DNA of 46,500 bases, taken from positions 1 through 46,500 of the IMG/VR virus record IMGVR_UViG_3300020045_008194; one strand, given 5' to 3'. Shown one piece after another: positions 35,688 through 45,093 of this stretch (the stretch's first letter is position 1; each line of letters opens with the position of its first letter). The translations under genes and the position numbers were made by a program. The notes beneath the pieces were generated by a model, which worked only from the letters and a program-made list of their open reading frames with translations, was not told the DNA's origin and did not search any database. Source of the DNA: a virus. Lineage: Duplodnaviria > Caudoviricetes.

Positions 35688-37330
35688 CTTCCCATCTGCA
35701 TAATGTTCTGTATTTCTTCTAACGTATTTTGCATCTGTTCTCTAGGTTCACCAAGAGCTTCAGTTACTGTCATTTCAAATTGCAGATAAAACTTTTTATT
35801 AATCTGTCTATCTGTATAACCATGTGCTCTCATTTTACCTGCCCACAATGCTATTTGATCGATAAGTTTCTTTTGAGTATGAATACGTTCTTGTTGATTC
35901 TTCATAGCTCGTAAACCAGCAGCAGCATTGACAGCAGCTCCTACTCTTTCGTAAATTTTAGCAGGATCTTCCAGTACTGATTTATCTAATAAAGATCTAA
36001 TCGTTTCAGGATCAACTAAAAATAAATCACCATCAACTTCTTGAGGTAATACTTTTCCACCGCCTCCACCAGTACTTTGTGAGATAGCTTCGAAACCACA
36101 GTAAGGACATTCAGTCATTGCTCTATCGTAAGGAGCATTACACATGAAGCTTGAGCAGATACGAAGGAAATTAATTTTATGTCCACGCTTAGTAATTCGA
36201 TCAAGCGTCCAACTTCTAATATCGCAAGGTAGACCGTGGTGCTGTACGTTCCCAACGTGATCGATGAGAATCATGAAGTCTTTACCTTTTGCCATTCGTA
36301 GTCCACGTCCAATCATCTGCAAGTATTTACCAAGAGACTTAGTAGGACGTGCCATAATTACACATTCAATTCCCGGTACATCTAAACCTTCATCGAAGAG
36401 ATCTACGTTAATTAAAACTTGTATTTTCTTTTCTTGAAACTTAATAAGATAATCAAGACGCTCACTGTCAGGAGTTGTAGCATCTACAGCTTTTGCAGCA
36501 ATACCTCTATCGGTAAATTGCTTCTCCATTTTCTTAGCGGTGTTAACATCTGTAGCAAAAAGAATCGCCTGTTTTCCCTTGGCAAACTTAAGATAATTTT
36601 CTACTACGTCACCGATGATATGAGACTTACTTGAAGCTTCAATCATGGCCTGTTTTGAGTAATCAGAGTTTTCAGATCCAGCGACTAAATGTTTATTGAA
36701 ATCTGAAACTGGAATTGCAATTTTATATTTCGATAGATAACCGTTATCAATTAACCATCGTGTTGTTGGACCTAAGATCATTGTATCAAAGATACCGTCT
36801 GCGTGAGATCCTAGACCTTTTTTATCTAAGCGTTCAGGTGTGGCAGTAACACCGAGGCACTGAGCATTTGTATAAAGAGCACGAGCTTTGCCCCATTTGT
36901 TATCTTTAGTAACGTGAGCAGCTTCATCTATTATAAGTCTTCTAACATTTGATGTTCGAGATCTATGAAGGTCTTGTCTGGAAATTAAAGTATCAACGGA
37001 TATAACAGTAATGATGGAGTTTGGATTATAAAATTGCTTTCCGTACATTCGTCTTTGAGCTTTTATAATTCCTGCGATATCTTTTCTAGAAGCTACAAGA
37101 TTGTGAGGTACACCTTCTTCTGCAAGTACCAAGGATATCTGCTGCACAAGTTCCTTACGATGTACCATAATATCTGTCGATATTGATAAATCATCTGTAA
37201 CTATTGAACAAAACGTTTTAGTCTTTCCAGCACCTGTAGGTTTTACAAGCAGTACATTCATGTACCCTGAGTTCCATGCTTGGTAAATTAACTGTTTAGG
37301 TTCAGCTTGATAGTTTCTTAAAATAATCAT
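35684..37330 (-). CDS. SF2 DEAD/DEAH-box helicase
   Basis: LRNYQ, PTGAGKT, DEAAH, TATPER, EGLDVP, QMIGRGLR and a CxxC zinc ribbon; likely start ATG 37330. Confidence 0.92.
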   Translation of the reverse strand: MIILRNYQAEPKQLIYQAWNSGYMNVLLVKPTGAGKTKTFCSIVTDDLSISTDIMVHRKELVQQISLVLAEEGVPHNLVASRKDIAGIIKAQRRMYGKQFYNPNSIITVISVDTLISRQDLHRSRTSNVRRLIIDEAAHVTKDNKWGKARALYTNAQCLGVTATPERLDKKGLGSHADGIFDTMILGPTTRWLIDNGYLSKYKIAIPVSDFNKHLVAGSENSDYSKQAMIEASSKSHIIGDVVENYLKFAKGKQAILFATDVNTAKKMEKQFTDRGIAAKAVDATTPDSERLDYLIKFQEKKIQVLINVDLFDEGLDVPGIECVIMARPTKSLGKYLQMIGRGLRMAKGKDFMILIDHVGNVQHHGLPCDIRSWTLDRITKRGHKINFLRICSSFMCNAPYDRAMTECPYCGFEAISQSTGGGGGKVLPQEVDGDLFLVDPETIRSLLDKSVLEDPAKIYERVGAAVNAAAGLRAMKNQQERIHTQKKLIDQIALWAGKMRAHGYTDRQINKKFYLQFEMTVTEALGEPREQMQNTLEEIQNIMQMGR

Positions 37331-37416
37331 GTACCGATCTTCATTAAAAGTTTGACAGATGTAAAGCATTTATTTATTAATTAATGACTGTTTTAAAATT
37401 TTTAAGGAGATATCAA

Positions 37417-38190
37417 ATGACTACAGTTCACTCTGTTACCTGCACAGGTAAGACACTTCCCGAATTAAAGAAAGCACTTCAAGCTGCACTAAGAGATTAT
37501 GATTCTGTTGGAGGATCTGTGTCAGTTAGTGGACCTGCAAAAAGTTTTAAAGAAACTGCTGAAGAAGTATACGTAGATGAAACAGAAATTTCGAATGTAC
37601 ATCAAATGCACCAACCAAGAGAAGTCTCTGCTTCTCCAGCTCTAAATGCTCCTTACACAGCTCCGACTACACCTGCTCAACACGTAAATCTAAATGAAGT
37701 AGATAATAGAGGAGTACCTTGGATCTCTGGAATTCATAGTGATAAAAAAACTTTTATGGCAAACGGAAATTGGAAATCACGTAGAGGTACTACAGATGCA
37801 CAAGTTGCTCAAGCTGAAGCTCAGTACTTAACTAAGTCTGCTCCGGTGACTGCCAGCTACACTCAACCAGTTCAGCACTCAGCACCAATTCAAAACCCTG
37901 TACAACAACATGTTGTAACTCCTCCAGTACAACAGAACACACACCAATTTAATCAAGCTCCAGTAATTCCTCCAATGGGAATGCCAACTGGACATACTGT
38001 ACAATCGTTCACAGCAAACTTTACTTTAATTCTTTCTCAGTTAATTTCTGAAGGTAAAGTATCTGCTGAGTACATTGAGCAATGTAAAGCATATTTCCAA
38101 GCTCCACAAATTTGGCAGATTACAGATGCTCAAAAAGCAGAAATGTTTGAGACATTTGCAGCTAGCGGTATTGTACAAAAAGTAGGTTAA
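37417..38190 (+). CDS. Phage replication-module protein with P/Q-rich linkers
   Basis: AGGAG RBS before ATG 37417; DNRGVPW...IHS..K....G.WKSRRG module. Confidence 0.65.
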   Translation: MTTVHSVTCTGKTLPELKKALQAALRDYDSVGGSVSVSGPAKSFKETAEEVYVDETEISNVHQMHQPREVSASPALNAPYTAPTTPAQHVNLNEVDNRGVPWISGIHSDKKTFMANGNWKSRRGTTDAQVAQAEAQYLTKSAPVTASYTQPVQHSAPIQNPVQQHVVTPPVQQNTHQFNQAPVIPPMGMPTGHTVQSFTANFTLILSQLISEGKVSAEYIEQCKAYFQAPQIWQITDAQKAEMFETFAASGIVQKVG

Positions 38191-38393
38191 TGATGTACGG
38201 TAAAAATTATTTTAATAAAATGCACGACAAGACTAAAGATATTGAGCTGGTAGTTTTTGTTGAAAGAAATAACTTTATAGTTCTTCAGACTACTGATGAA
38301 TTTGAAGCTAAAAACAAAGACGAAAAATTAAAGTTTTTAGACGGTATTCAAAAATCTTTAGTAGCTTTAGAAGCTAAGGTTATGGTGGAATAA
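38190..38393 (+). CDS. Hypothetical protein
   Basis: 67 aa, TAATG coupling on both sides. Confidence 0.55.
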   Translation: MMYGKNYFNKMHDKTKDIELVVFVERNNFIVLQTTDEFEAKNKDEKLKFLDGIQKSLVALEAKVMVE

Positions 38394-39499
38394 TGTTACC
38401 TATTAAAATACGTTCATCTAAGCTTGCACGGTACATGGTCTGTGCAGGTTATATGCATCTAGATCTTGTAGAACCTGAAGCAGGTGAACCTGCTAGAGAA
38501 GGTACTGCCGCTGGTGAATGGCTACAAGGACTTTTAGAAAATAAAGCTCTTGGATTGACTGCAACTAACGGAGTGTACTTCGACAATGATATGAAGTTCT
38601 TCACACAACCAATTGCCGATAAGATCAAAGCGAAAGCTTATGATCAGGTTCTGTGTGAAACTCGTATCGATTGGCAAACAGCTTCAGGGATCTGGATACG
38701 TGGACAGTACGATGCTGCTTTCGAAGATCACAGAGGTTATTTGTGTATTGACGATTTGAAGTACGGTTGGGGAATTATCGAAGTTAAAAACAACTGGCAG
38801 CTAATAAGTTATGCTATCGGTGAAGTAATTAGACGTGGGAAATATTACTCTCATATCGCTTTAACAATTCACCAACCACGTCCACACCATGAAGATGGTG
38901 AAAGTCGTGAATGGATCATTACATACGAAGAGCTTTTAGGATTTAAACAACAAATTGAAGATCGTATGACAGCTCTTGCGAATGGTTTAAAAAACTTTCA
39001 AACTGGTCCTAGCTGTAAATACTGTGCTGGAGCTGCTGAAGCTTGTACGGCCTTTAGTCGTCTTTACTACAGAGCACTTGAAATATCGACTGAATTTCAC
39101 CAAGACAGTTTAACTGAAGTTGAGATAGCTGCACAGCTTGATCAAATTAAACGTGCTGAAGAAGTAATTAAGATAAAGTTAGATTCCTTGGTAGAGCTAA
39201 GTACTTCTAGAATTAAAGCTGGAAAAATAATTCCCGGTTATATCCAAGAGAACAAAGTTAGTCAGAGAACGTGGAAGCACGGTGTAACTCCAGAAGCAAT
39301 TAAAACAATGACTGGAGTTGATGTAATGGAAAAACAAGTTATGAGTCCTGCAAAAGCTGAGAAACTTATTTCGAAGGACTTTGTAAAAACTTTAACTGAA
39401 ACAAGATTTGCAGGTGTGAGACTTGTAAAGAAGAACGGAAGTGACGTAGGTAACAAAATATTTGGCACACAAGATCCAACAGGAGGATTTAATTTATGA
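38393..39499 (+). CDS. Cas4-like PD-(D/E)xK exonuclease (DUF2800-like)
   Basis: AREGTAA, GQYD, IDDLKYG, NWQLISYA, TIHQPR, GPSCKYC...C, SPAKAEK. Confidence 0.85.
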   Translation: MLPIKIRSSKLARYMVCAGYMHLDLVEPEAGEPAREGTAAGEWLQGLLENKALGLTATNGVYFDNDMKFFTQPIADKIKAKAYDQVLCETRIDWQTASGIWIRGQYDAAFEDHRGYLCIDDLKYGWGIIEVKNNWQLISYAIGEVIRRGKYYSHIALTIHQPRPHHEDGESREWIITYEELLGFKQQIEDRMTALANGLKNFQTGPSCKYCAGAAEACTAFSRLYYRALEISTEFHQDSLTEVEIAAQLDQIKRAEEVIKIKLDSLVELSTSRIKAGKIIPGYIQENKVSQRTWKHGVTPEAIKTMTGVDVMEKQVMSPAKAEKLISKDFVKTLTETRFAGVRLVKKNGSDVGNKIFGTQDPTGGFNL

Positions 39500-39669
39500 G
39501 AAACAAAAGAGTAGATGTAGAAGAAGTTGAAAATGGGTACACTATTAGATGCTTCAACTGTGAAGAGAAAGATGAAAAAGGACATGACGGTTTTTACGAA
39601 GAACCAGTAGTTCACGTAGCTACTAAGCTGGATGAAGTTTTAGAAATCATTAAGAAAAATTTAAAATAA
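39496..39669 (+). CDS. Small hypothetical protein (57 aa)
   Basis: Hand-translated MRNKRVDVEEVENGYTIR...; AGGAGG RBS. Confidence 0.65.
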   Translation: MRNKRVDVEEVENGYTIRCFNCEEKDEKGHDGFYEEPVVHVATKLDEVLEIIKKNLK

Positions 39670-39680
39670 GGAAATTACAA

Positions 39681-40763
39681 ATGAGTCAACAATCAAACGG
39701 TACGCCTATCATGGTACAGGGAAGAATTATCTGGGGAATCGGACAAGATCTTTTCGCTGGTAAAATGAAAACAGATGAACATACAAAGCAACTTATTATC
39801 GATCCTAAAACTGGACAAGGTATTTTAGAGTATGGTTTCGGTTTAGCAGTTCCTAAATACAAACAAGGTACTACTGAATTCTCTCCACAGTGGATCGCTC
39901 TTTATCAAGCTCTAATGTCAGAAGCTATGACAATTTATCCAAACGGACAACCTCCTCAAGACTTCGCATGGAAATATAAAGATGCAGACGTTATAAGAGA
40001 TAAAAACGGAAAACTTTACAGTGAACGTGAAGGACAAGCAGGACATATCGTTTTGTCATGTACTACTCAAATTCCTATGAAATGGTTCAAATGGGACGGA
40101 CAACAAAACGTTGTAGTTAGTACTGGTTTTAAAGTTGGTGACTACGTTAACGTTCAGTTAAATATTAAAGCTCACCCTCCAGTTGGTAGAGGTAAGCCAG
40201 GTCTTTATTTAAACCCTTCTGCTGTACAGTTTATTACAGAAGGTAAGCCAATTTTCAATGCTCCTTCAGGTGATCAAATGTTCGGTATGAATGCTCCACA
40301 ATACCAAGGACAAGTTGATGCTCCAGTTATGGGAGCTATGCCTAATCTTGGTAATGCACAACCACCGATGCAACAGCAAGGTATGATGCCGATGAACAAT
40401 CCGCAAATGCAACCTCCAGCTCAACCACAATACCCACAACAGCCTCCAATGCAACAAAACTATCAACAGCAGTATGATCCTAACTACAATGTGATTCCAC
40501 AGCAGCACCAGCCACAACAAGGTCAAATGCAGGGAAACGGACAAGGGCAATATGGACAGATGAATACTGCGATGCCGGGCATTCAAAATCCAAACGTTCA
40601 GAATGGATCGGTCCAAAATTCTACCCCGACAGGTATGAATGGCATGACTGTACCTCAGAATGCATACCCTTCTAATCCTCCGCAAATGCCTAATCAGAAT
40701 TTCCAACAAGGCCCTCCACAACAGCAGGGACAAATGGGAATGCCAATGATGCCGCCTAGATAG
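39681..40763 (+). CDS. ssDNA-binding protein (DUF2815/gp2.5-like) with long Q/P/N/M-rich tail
   Basis: FAWKYKDAD, GDYVNV, GLYLNPSAVQFITEG; located between DUF2800 and the polymerase. Confidence 0.7.
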   Translation: MSQQSNGTPIMVQGRIIWGIGQDLFAGKMKTDEHTKQLIIDPKTGQGILEYGFGLAVPKYKQGTTEFSPQWIALYQALMSEAMTIYPNGQPPQDFAWKYKDADVIRDKNGKLYSEREGQAGHIVLSCTTQIPMKWFKWDGQQNVVVSTGFKVGDYVNVQLNIKAHPPVGRGKPGLYLNPSAVQFITEGKPIFNAPSGDQMFGMNAPQYQGQVDAPVMGAMPNLGNAQPPMQQQGMMPMNNPQMQPPAQPQYPQQPPMQQNYQQQYDPNYNVIPQQHQPQQGQMQGNGQGQYGQMNTAMPGIQNPNVQNGSVQNSTPTGMNGMTVPQNAYPSNPPQMPNQNFQQGPPQQQGQMGMPMMPPR

Positions 40764-40786
40764 TTTAACGCCCTCGTAGGCAAACT

Positions 40787-40844
40787 TCCAGTCAGAGACC
40801 ATCTATTAACTTAGAATGTGAATATCAACTCTGACTGGATTTTT
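40787..40844 (+). promoter_or_regulatory. Large-loop stem with U tract in the polymerase leader
   Basis: TCCAGTCAGAG (40787-40797) / CTCTGACTGGA (40829-40839), 31-nt loop, then TTTTT. Confidence 0.55.
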
Positions 40845-40854
40845 AAAAGGTTTT

Positions 40855-42810
40855 ATGGATAGAAAATATTACATTTACGATTTAGAAACGATGCCTAACT
40901 GTTTTTTATTCGGAGGAAAATTTGCAGGTGGATCAGAAGTTCAAATGTACGAAATTTCCGAACGTAGAAATGATCGTGAAGGTTTATTCGCGTGGCTTAG
41001 TTATTTAAAAAGTATAATGAATTTAGAAATGGTAGGATTCAACAACATCGGTTTCGACTATCCTATCATTCATGAATTCATGACCAATCCGTATACCTTC
41101 ACGTATGAGAAAGCTTCTCAGATTGCCACGCAAATTATTCAAGCTCAACGTGGAAACAGATTAAATTCTGTAGCTGCTCATAATAGATTAATTCCGCAAA
41201 TTGATATGATGAAAATCTGTCACTTTGATAACGATGCAAGACGTACATCTCTTAAAGCTTTACAGTTTGCAATGAGATCTGATTCTTTAGAAGACTTACC
41301 ATTTGGTATTAGAGAACTAGAACCCCAAGAGATGGATGTTCTTCGTTCTTACTGCGCTCATGACATTACAGAGACTGAGAAATTCTTTAAGTTACACGAG
41401 CACGCTGTAGACATGAGAAGAGAGTATTTAGAAGAAGGACTTCTTACAGGTGACGTTTTAAATTTCTCAGACGTTAAGATCGGTACAGAATATTTGATCA
41501 AGCGTATTGGAAAAAATAACTGTTATGCAGGTGGAAAACCTAAACAGACTTTTAGAAGTATTGTTGAATTTAATAAAATAATTTTACCTAAAATTGAATT
41601 TAGAACTGAGCTTTACAAGTCAGTACATTCTTGGTTCGCACAGCAAGTTATATATATCGACAAAACTGAACGTCCTTCTTTAGATATAAAACTAGGTGGA
41701 CTTGACTTTCATTTCGGAGTTGGAGGAGTACATGCATCAGCAGAAAATAAAGTATTTCATAGTGACGATGATTATCAAATTATTGATATTGACGTTGCTG
41801 GTATGTATGTCGCGGTTGCAATAGCGAATGGTTTTGAACCAGAACATTTAAAAGGTCATTTTCGTCCAGCGTATAAAGAAGTTAAAGATAACCGTTCTCA
41901 ATATGCCAAGGGTAGTAGTCGAAATGCAGCTATGAAACTTGCAGGTAACGGAGCTTACGGTAACTCTAACAATCCGTGGTCTCCATTTTACGATCCTCAA
42001 TATACTTTCTCAGTTACAGTAAATGGACAGCTTCAGCTTTTACAACTTGTAGAGTTGATCGATCTGCTTCCAGACTGTGAACTTATTCAAGCTAACACAG
42101 ACGGTATCACTGTACGCATTTTAAAAAAGAATGAAGTTTTCTTTAAAATGTGGTGCAAGATCTGGGAGAAAATGACAGGTCTAGAACTTGAGCATGTACA
42201 ATACAAGCGCATGTGGATTAGAGATGTTAACAACTACATTTCAGAAAAGATGAACGGTGAATTAAAACGTAAAGGTGCTTATTGGTATCCTATCACTACA
42301 AAAGATTATGAAGGATGGTACAATAAAGATTTCTCTAATCATGCTTCTAAAATTGCAGCAGAGTTAGCAATGACTCATTCTTTTCCAGTTGAAGCATCTA
42401 TAAGATTAGTAACAGATCCTTTTGATTTTATGCTTAGATATAAATGTCCTGGAGGATCTACATTGTGGATCGGTGACGTAAAACAATTAAAGACTGTACG
42501 ATATTACGTTTCTAAAACAGGTCAACAGATGAAAAAGATTTCACCACCTAAAGGTGAACTTGGACAATATTGTAGAAAAAATAGTTTGAAAGATTCGTAC
42601 TTCGATAACATAATGAAAGAGATTGGTAAAAACGTATGGGATGCTAGAGTCCATACTAAAAATAAAAGTACATATGAAATCCGTACTACTAATATTGAAA
42701 ACGGATGGAAAGTTAAAGAATGTAACGTTGCCAAGAACTTCGATTGGAATGACGTTGACTGGAATTACTACATCGAAGAAGCTAAGAAAAATATTATAGG
42801 GAGTAAGTAA
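40855..42810 (+). CDS. Family B DNA polymerase with 3'-5' exonuclease
   Basis: ExoI YDLE, ExoII GFNNIGFD, ExoIII YCAHD; motif A DIDVAGMY, motif B KLAGNGAYG, motif C ANTDG. Confidence 0.9.
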   Translation: MDRKYYIYDLETMPNCFLFGGKFAGGSEVQMYEISERRNDREGLFAWLSYLKSIMNLEMVGFNNIGFDYPIIHEFMTNPYTFTYEKASQIATQIIQAQRGNRLNSVAAHNRLIPQIDMMKICHFDNDARRTSLKALQFAMRSDSLEDLPFGIRELEPQEMDVLRSYCAHDITETEKFFKLHEHAVDMRREYLEEGLLTGDVLNFSDVKIGTEYLIKRIGKNNCYAGGKPKQTFRSIVEFNKIILPKIEFRTELYKSVHSWFAQQVIYIDKTERPSLDIKLGGLDFHFGVGGVHASAENKVFHSDDDYQIIDIDVAGMYVAVAIANGFEPEHLKGHFRPAYKEVKDNRSQYAKGSSRNAAMKLAGNGAYGNSNNPWSPFYDPQYTFSVTVNGQLQLLQLVELIDLLPDCELIQANTDGITVRILKKNEVFFKMWCKIWEKMTGLELEHVQYKRMWIRDVNNYISEKMNGELKRKGAYWYPITTKDYEGWYNKDFSNHASKIAAELAMTHSFPVEASIRLVTDPFDFMLRYKCPGGSTLWIGDVKQLKTVRYYVSKTGQQMKKISPPKGELGQYCRKNSLKDSYFDNIMKEIGKNVWDARVHTKNKSTYEIRTTNIENGWKVKECNVAKNFDWNDVDWNYYIEEAKKNIIGSK

Positions 42811-43061
42811 TGTTCAGCATGAGAGAAAATAGCGTAATTGAAAGACTAGGTGATGAAAAACTTACCATTAAAGATATATCGTACAGTTTATTTGGAGCAG
42901 ATGCAGACACTCCATTAAATGCTGAAAATCTTGTAAGTAACAATATCAATCGAATTAATAAGAAATGTAAGTTCTATAATCTTCCTTGGTTGTTAAAGAA
43001 AGAAAAGGTAGGTAAGAAGATGTACATTCACAAGATACAGGTCAAAGTTGCACATGAATAA
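42810..43061 (+). CDS. Possible winged-helix DNA-binding protein
   Basis: LTIKDISYSLFG...ENLVSNNINRINKK resembles wHTH patterns. Confidence 0.5.
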   Translation: MFSMRENSVIERLGDEKLTIKDISYSLFGADADTPLNAENLVSNNINRINKKCKFYNLPWLLKKEKVGKKMYIHKIQVKVAHE

Positions 43062-43095
43062 AAAGTGTGAAAGCATTATTGAAAAGGAGGATTTT

Positions 43096-43302
43096 ATGAA
43101 GAAATTACCTACAGATCAAGAGATGCTAGAAGCTTTAAAAAGTACCAGTACTGACTCTATTAGCCCTTCGTGGGTAGCTAGAAAATTCAGCTTAGGGTAC
43201 AATGACTCGCAGGAAGTTTTCGGTAAGATGCAAGGTTTAGATTACATAAATGCAAACGGACTGATTAAAGTTGATCAGTATCCGAAAGATGCAGAATTTT
43301 AA
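43096..43302 (+). CDS. FtsK-gamma-like winged-helix protein
   Basis: AGGAGG RBS before ATG 43096; SPSWVARKFSLGYNDSQEVFGKM resembles FtsK-gamma SxSxxQRxxxIGYNRA. Confidence 0.55.
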   Translation: MKKLPTDQEMLEALKSTSTDSISPSWVARKFSLGYNDSQEVFGKMQGLDYINANGLIKVDQYPKDAEF

Positions 43303-43314
43303 TAGGAGATCGTT

Positions 43315-43470
43315 ATGGCCAAGAAAGTCGCAAAAAAGAAAGTTTCTAAGAAAGCACCAGTGAAGAAAGCAAAGTCTAAAGCTGCTGCATCTACAGCAAA
43401 GAAGAAGAAAGTTACAAAGGCTTCAATGCCACAACCGGAAGCACCGTCAATTTTTAATCCAACTCTATAG
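43315..43470 (+). CDS. Lys/Ala-rich histone-H1-like microprotein (51 aa)
   Basis: Hand-translated MAKKVAKKKVSKKAPVKKAKSKAAASTAKKKKVTKASMPQPEAPSIFNPTL; AGGAG RBS. Confidence 0.7.
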   Translation: MAKKVAKKKVSKKAPVKKAKSKAAASTAKKKKVTKASMPQPEAPSIFNPTL

Positions 43471-43474
43471 GAAT

Positions 43475-43499
43475 AAAAAAAGCCCCGTGAGGGGCTTTT
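43475..43499. terminator. Bidirectional intrinsic terminator
   Basis: AAAAAAAGCCCC-GTGA-GGGGCTTTT between convergent replication and lysis operons. Confidence 0.85.
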
Positions 43500-43502
43500 C
43501 GT

Positions 43503-43934
43503 TTACTTAATTTGATCACACAAATCTTTACCAACTTCCATTAGTATAGATGCTCCAAGTTTTCTAGAACATACATACTTAGTAGGAATTTTTGCAATTA
43601 GTGCAGGTACAACATTGTTGTTTACAAAATTACAAGCAGCAGGAAGAACTTCAGAAGTTAAAGATTTATCGGCCATAGCTGCTACTTTTTGTTCAGCTTT
43701 TAAGAACTTCAACATTTCAGCTTCTACGTTTAGACCAATTTCTTCAGCTTCAGATTCACAACTAAACCCATCTACTACGATAAGATCTTCAGAAGCAAAT
43801 TTGCTTTTAAGTTCTTTAGTTACAAATTCTTTAGCAGTTTTAGACACATCAACTTTTGCATCGTTGAATTTATCCTTGGTAGATGCACAAGACACCAGAG
43901 ATAATAACATTGCAGACACAATTAGCATTTTCAT
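43503..43934 (-). CDS. Lipoprotein in lysis cassette
   Basis: MKMLIVSAMLLSLVSC lipobox; helical, four further Cys. Confidence 0.75.
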   Translation of the reverse strand: MKMLIVSAMLLSLVSCASTKDKFNDAKVDVSKTAKEFVTKELKSKFASEDLIVVDGFSCESEAEEIGLNVEAEMLKFLKAEQKVAAMADKSLTSEVLPAACNFVNNNVVPALIAKIPTKYVCSRKLGASILMEVGKDLCDQIK

Positions 43935-43948
43935 TTAATCCTCCCAGA

Positions 43949-44257
43949 TTATTTTTTATTAGAGATCGTCATATTATTAATACCGAATTTTACCATACAG
44001 TCAATGTCTCCCCATAAACATACTAGAGTTAATCGTCTGCACTCTTTCTTATCATTACCAAAGATAGTGCTTTTTGTACGACACTCTTCAGACTGATAGC
44101 ACATTCCTTTGTTGTGAAGTTCAGGGCCATCTAACTCTTCTTTACAGAAACGCCACTCTCTACGACTCGATTGAACATCTTCCATTTGCCATACACTCCA
44201 ATCTGCTGAGATTGAAGAACATGAGTAGAGACATAACAAAATTAATAAGTATTTCAT
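43949..44257 (-). CDS. Cys-rich lipoprotein (possible o-spanin)
   Basis: MKYLLILLCLYSC lipobox; six Cys after the lipidated one. Confidence 0.6.
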   Translation of the reverse strand: MKYLLILLCLYSCSSISADWSVWQMEDVQSSRREWRFCKEELDGPELHNKGMCYQSEECRTKSTIFGNDKKECRRLTLVCLWGDIDCMVKFGINNMTISNKK

Positions 44258-44499
44258 GCTGCTACCGCCTTTGCTTGAGTGATGTTTTGTTCAAGCTCTT
44301 TAGTGTATGCAATTAAATAGTTATCTAGATCCTGTTGAGCTTTCGCTACAGCAGCGTCTGAGTACATTGGATAACGAGCGTTCTTCGCATTCTGTAGAAC
44401 GTTTAAAAGATCGTAAAGATCTCCCTCGAACTTACGTCTACGTTCATCTGTAAAGATTGTAGCACCTGCTAAAATTAGTTTTAAAATTACTTCAGTCAT
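44254..44499 (-). CDS. Helical protein with hydrophobic N-terminus (possible spanin component)
   Basis: MTEVILKLILAGATIF then coiled coil; ATGA overlap with the lipoprotein. Confidence 0.45.
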   Translation of the reverse strand: MTEVILKLILAGATIFTDERRRKFEGDLYDLLNVLQNAKNARYPMYSDAAVAKAQQDLDNYLIAYTKELEQNITQAKAVAA

Positions 44500-44501
44500 G
44501 A

Positions 44502-44711
44502 CTATTTTCCTAGTTGTGATTTATCTTCTTTAACCACAAGAGCTTGCTTAGTTGTAAGTCTTAAGATACCGAAAATACCACCCAGAATTGCAGCATATTG
44601 TTCAGGATTTTCCGACATAAAATGTTGAACGTCTGGAAGAAATCCAGTAACTATAGCAAGTACAGCAGTCCATAATGTTTTTGATTTAAGAAAAGATTTG
44701 TCAAATTTCAT
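44502..44711 (-). CDS. Holin-like two-TM protein
   Basis: GGAGG RBS before ATG 44711; KSFLKSKTLW + TM, second TM ending ILRLTTKQ. Confidence 0.65.
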   Translation of the reverse strand: MKFDKSFLKSKTLWTAVLAIVTGFLPDVQHFMSENPEQYAAILGGIFGILRLTTKQALVVKEDKSQLGK

Positions 44712-44767
44712 AAGATCCTCCAGTTGATTAGGTTTAATTATCACCTATGAATCGACTGGAGGCAAGT

Positions 44768-45070
44768 TTAAGGTTTATTTGTTGGGAGGGTTCTAGCTAA
44801 ATCTTGAGCTTCTTTATTGTGACCAAGTACTTGCAATTTGTACATTTCCATAAATGTAAGAAAGCTTGCTTTAAATTCTTTATTTTCTAACTCTACTATT
44901 GTAAGTCGTGAGTCTAGTTTAGGGTAATTGGTTACAGCAGCGTTAACTCCGTTAAACCATCCCATTGTATAGGCAAAAACACCCCATAGAAATACAATAA
45001 CAGGTATTATAGTTTTAATATTTGTACCGATCCACTTAGGGTTTGTAATCATTCTTACGTACATCTTCAT
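44768..45070 (-). CDS. Single-pass membrane protein in lysis cassette
   Basis: IIPVIVFLWGVFAYTMGWF TM followed by coiled coil. Confidence 0.55.
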   Translation of the reverse strand: MKMYVRMITNPKWIGTNIKTIIPVIVFLWGVFAYTMGWFNGVNAAVTNYPKLDSRLTIVELENKEFKASFLTFMEMYKLQVLGHNKEAQDLARTLPTNKP

Positions 45071-45093
45071 CTCCTCTAACTCCTAGTTTGCAA

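Noticed and set aside
38393-39499. Cas4 as part of a CRISPR-Cas system
   Set aside because: Context (SSB, polymerase) fits a phage DUF2800 exonuclease; no other cas genes or array.
40266-40802. 178-aa minus-strand Leu/His/Trp-rich ORF
   Set aside because: Antisense shadow of the CAA/CAG/ATG-rich SSB tail.
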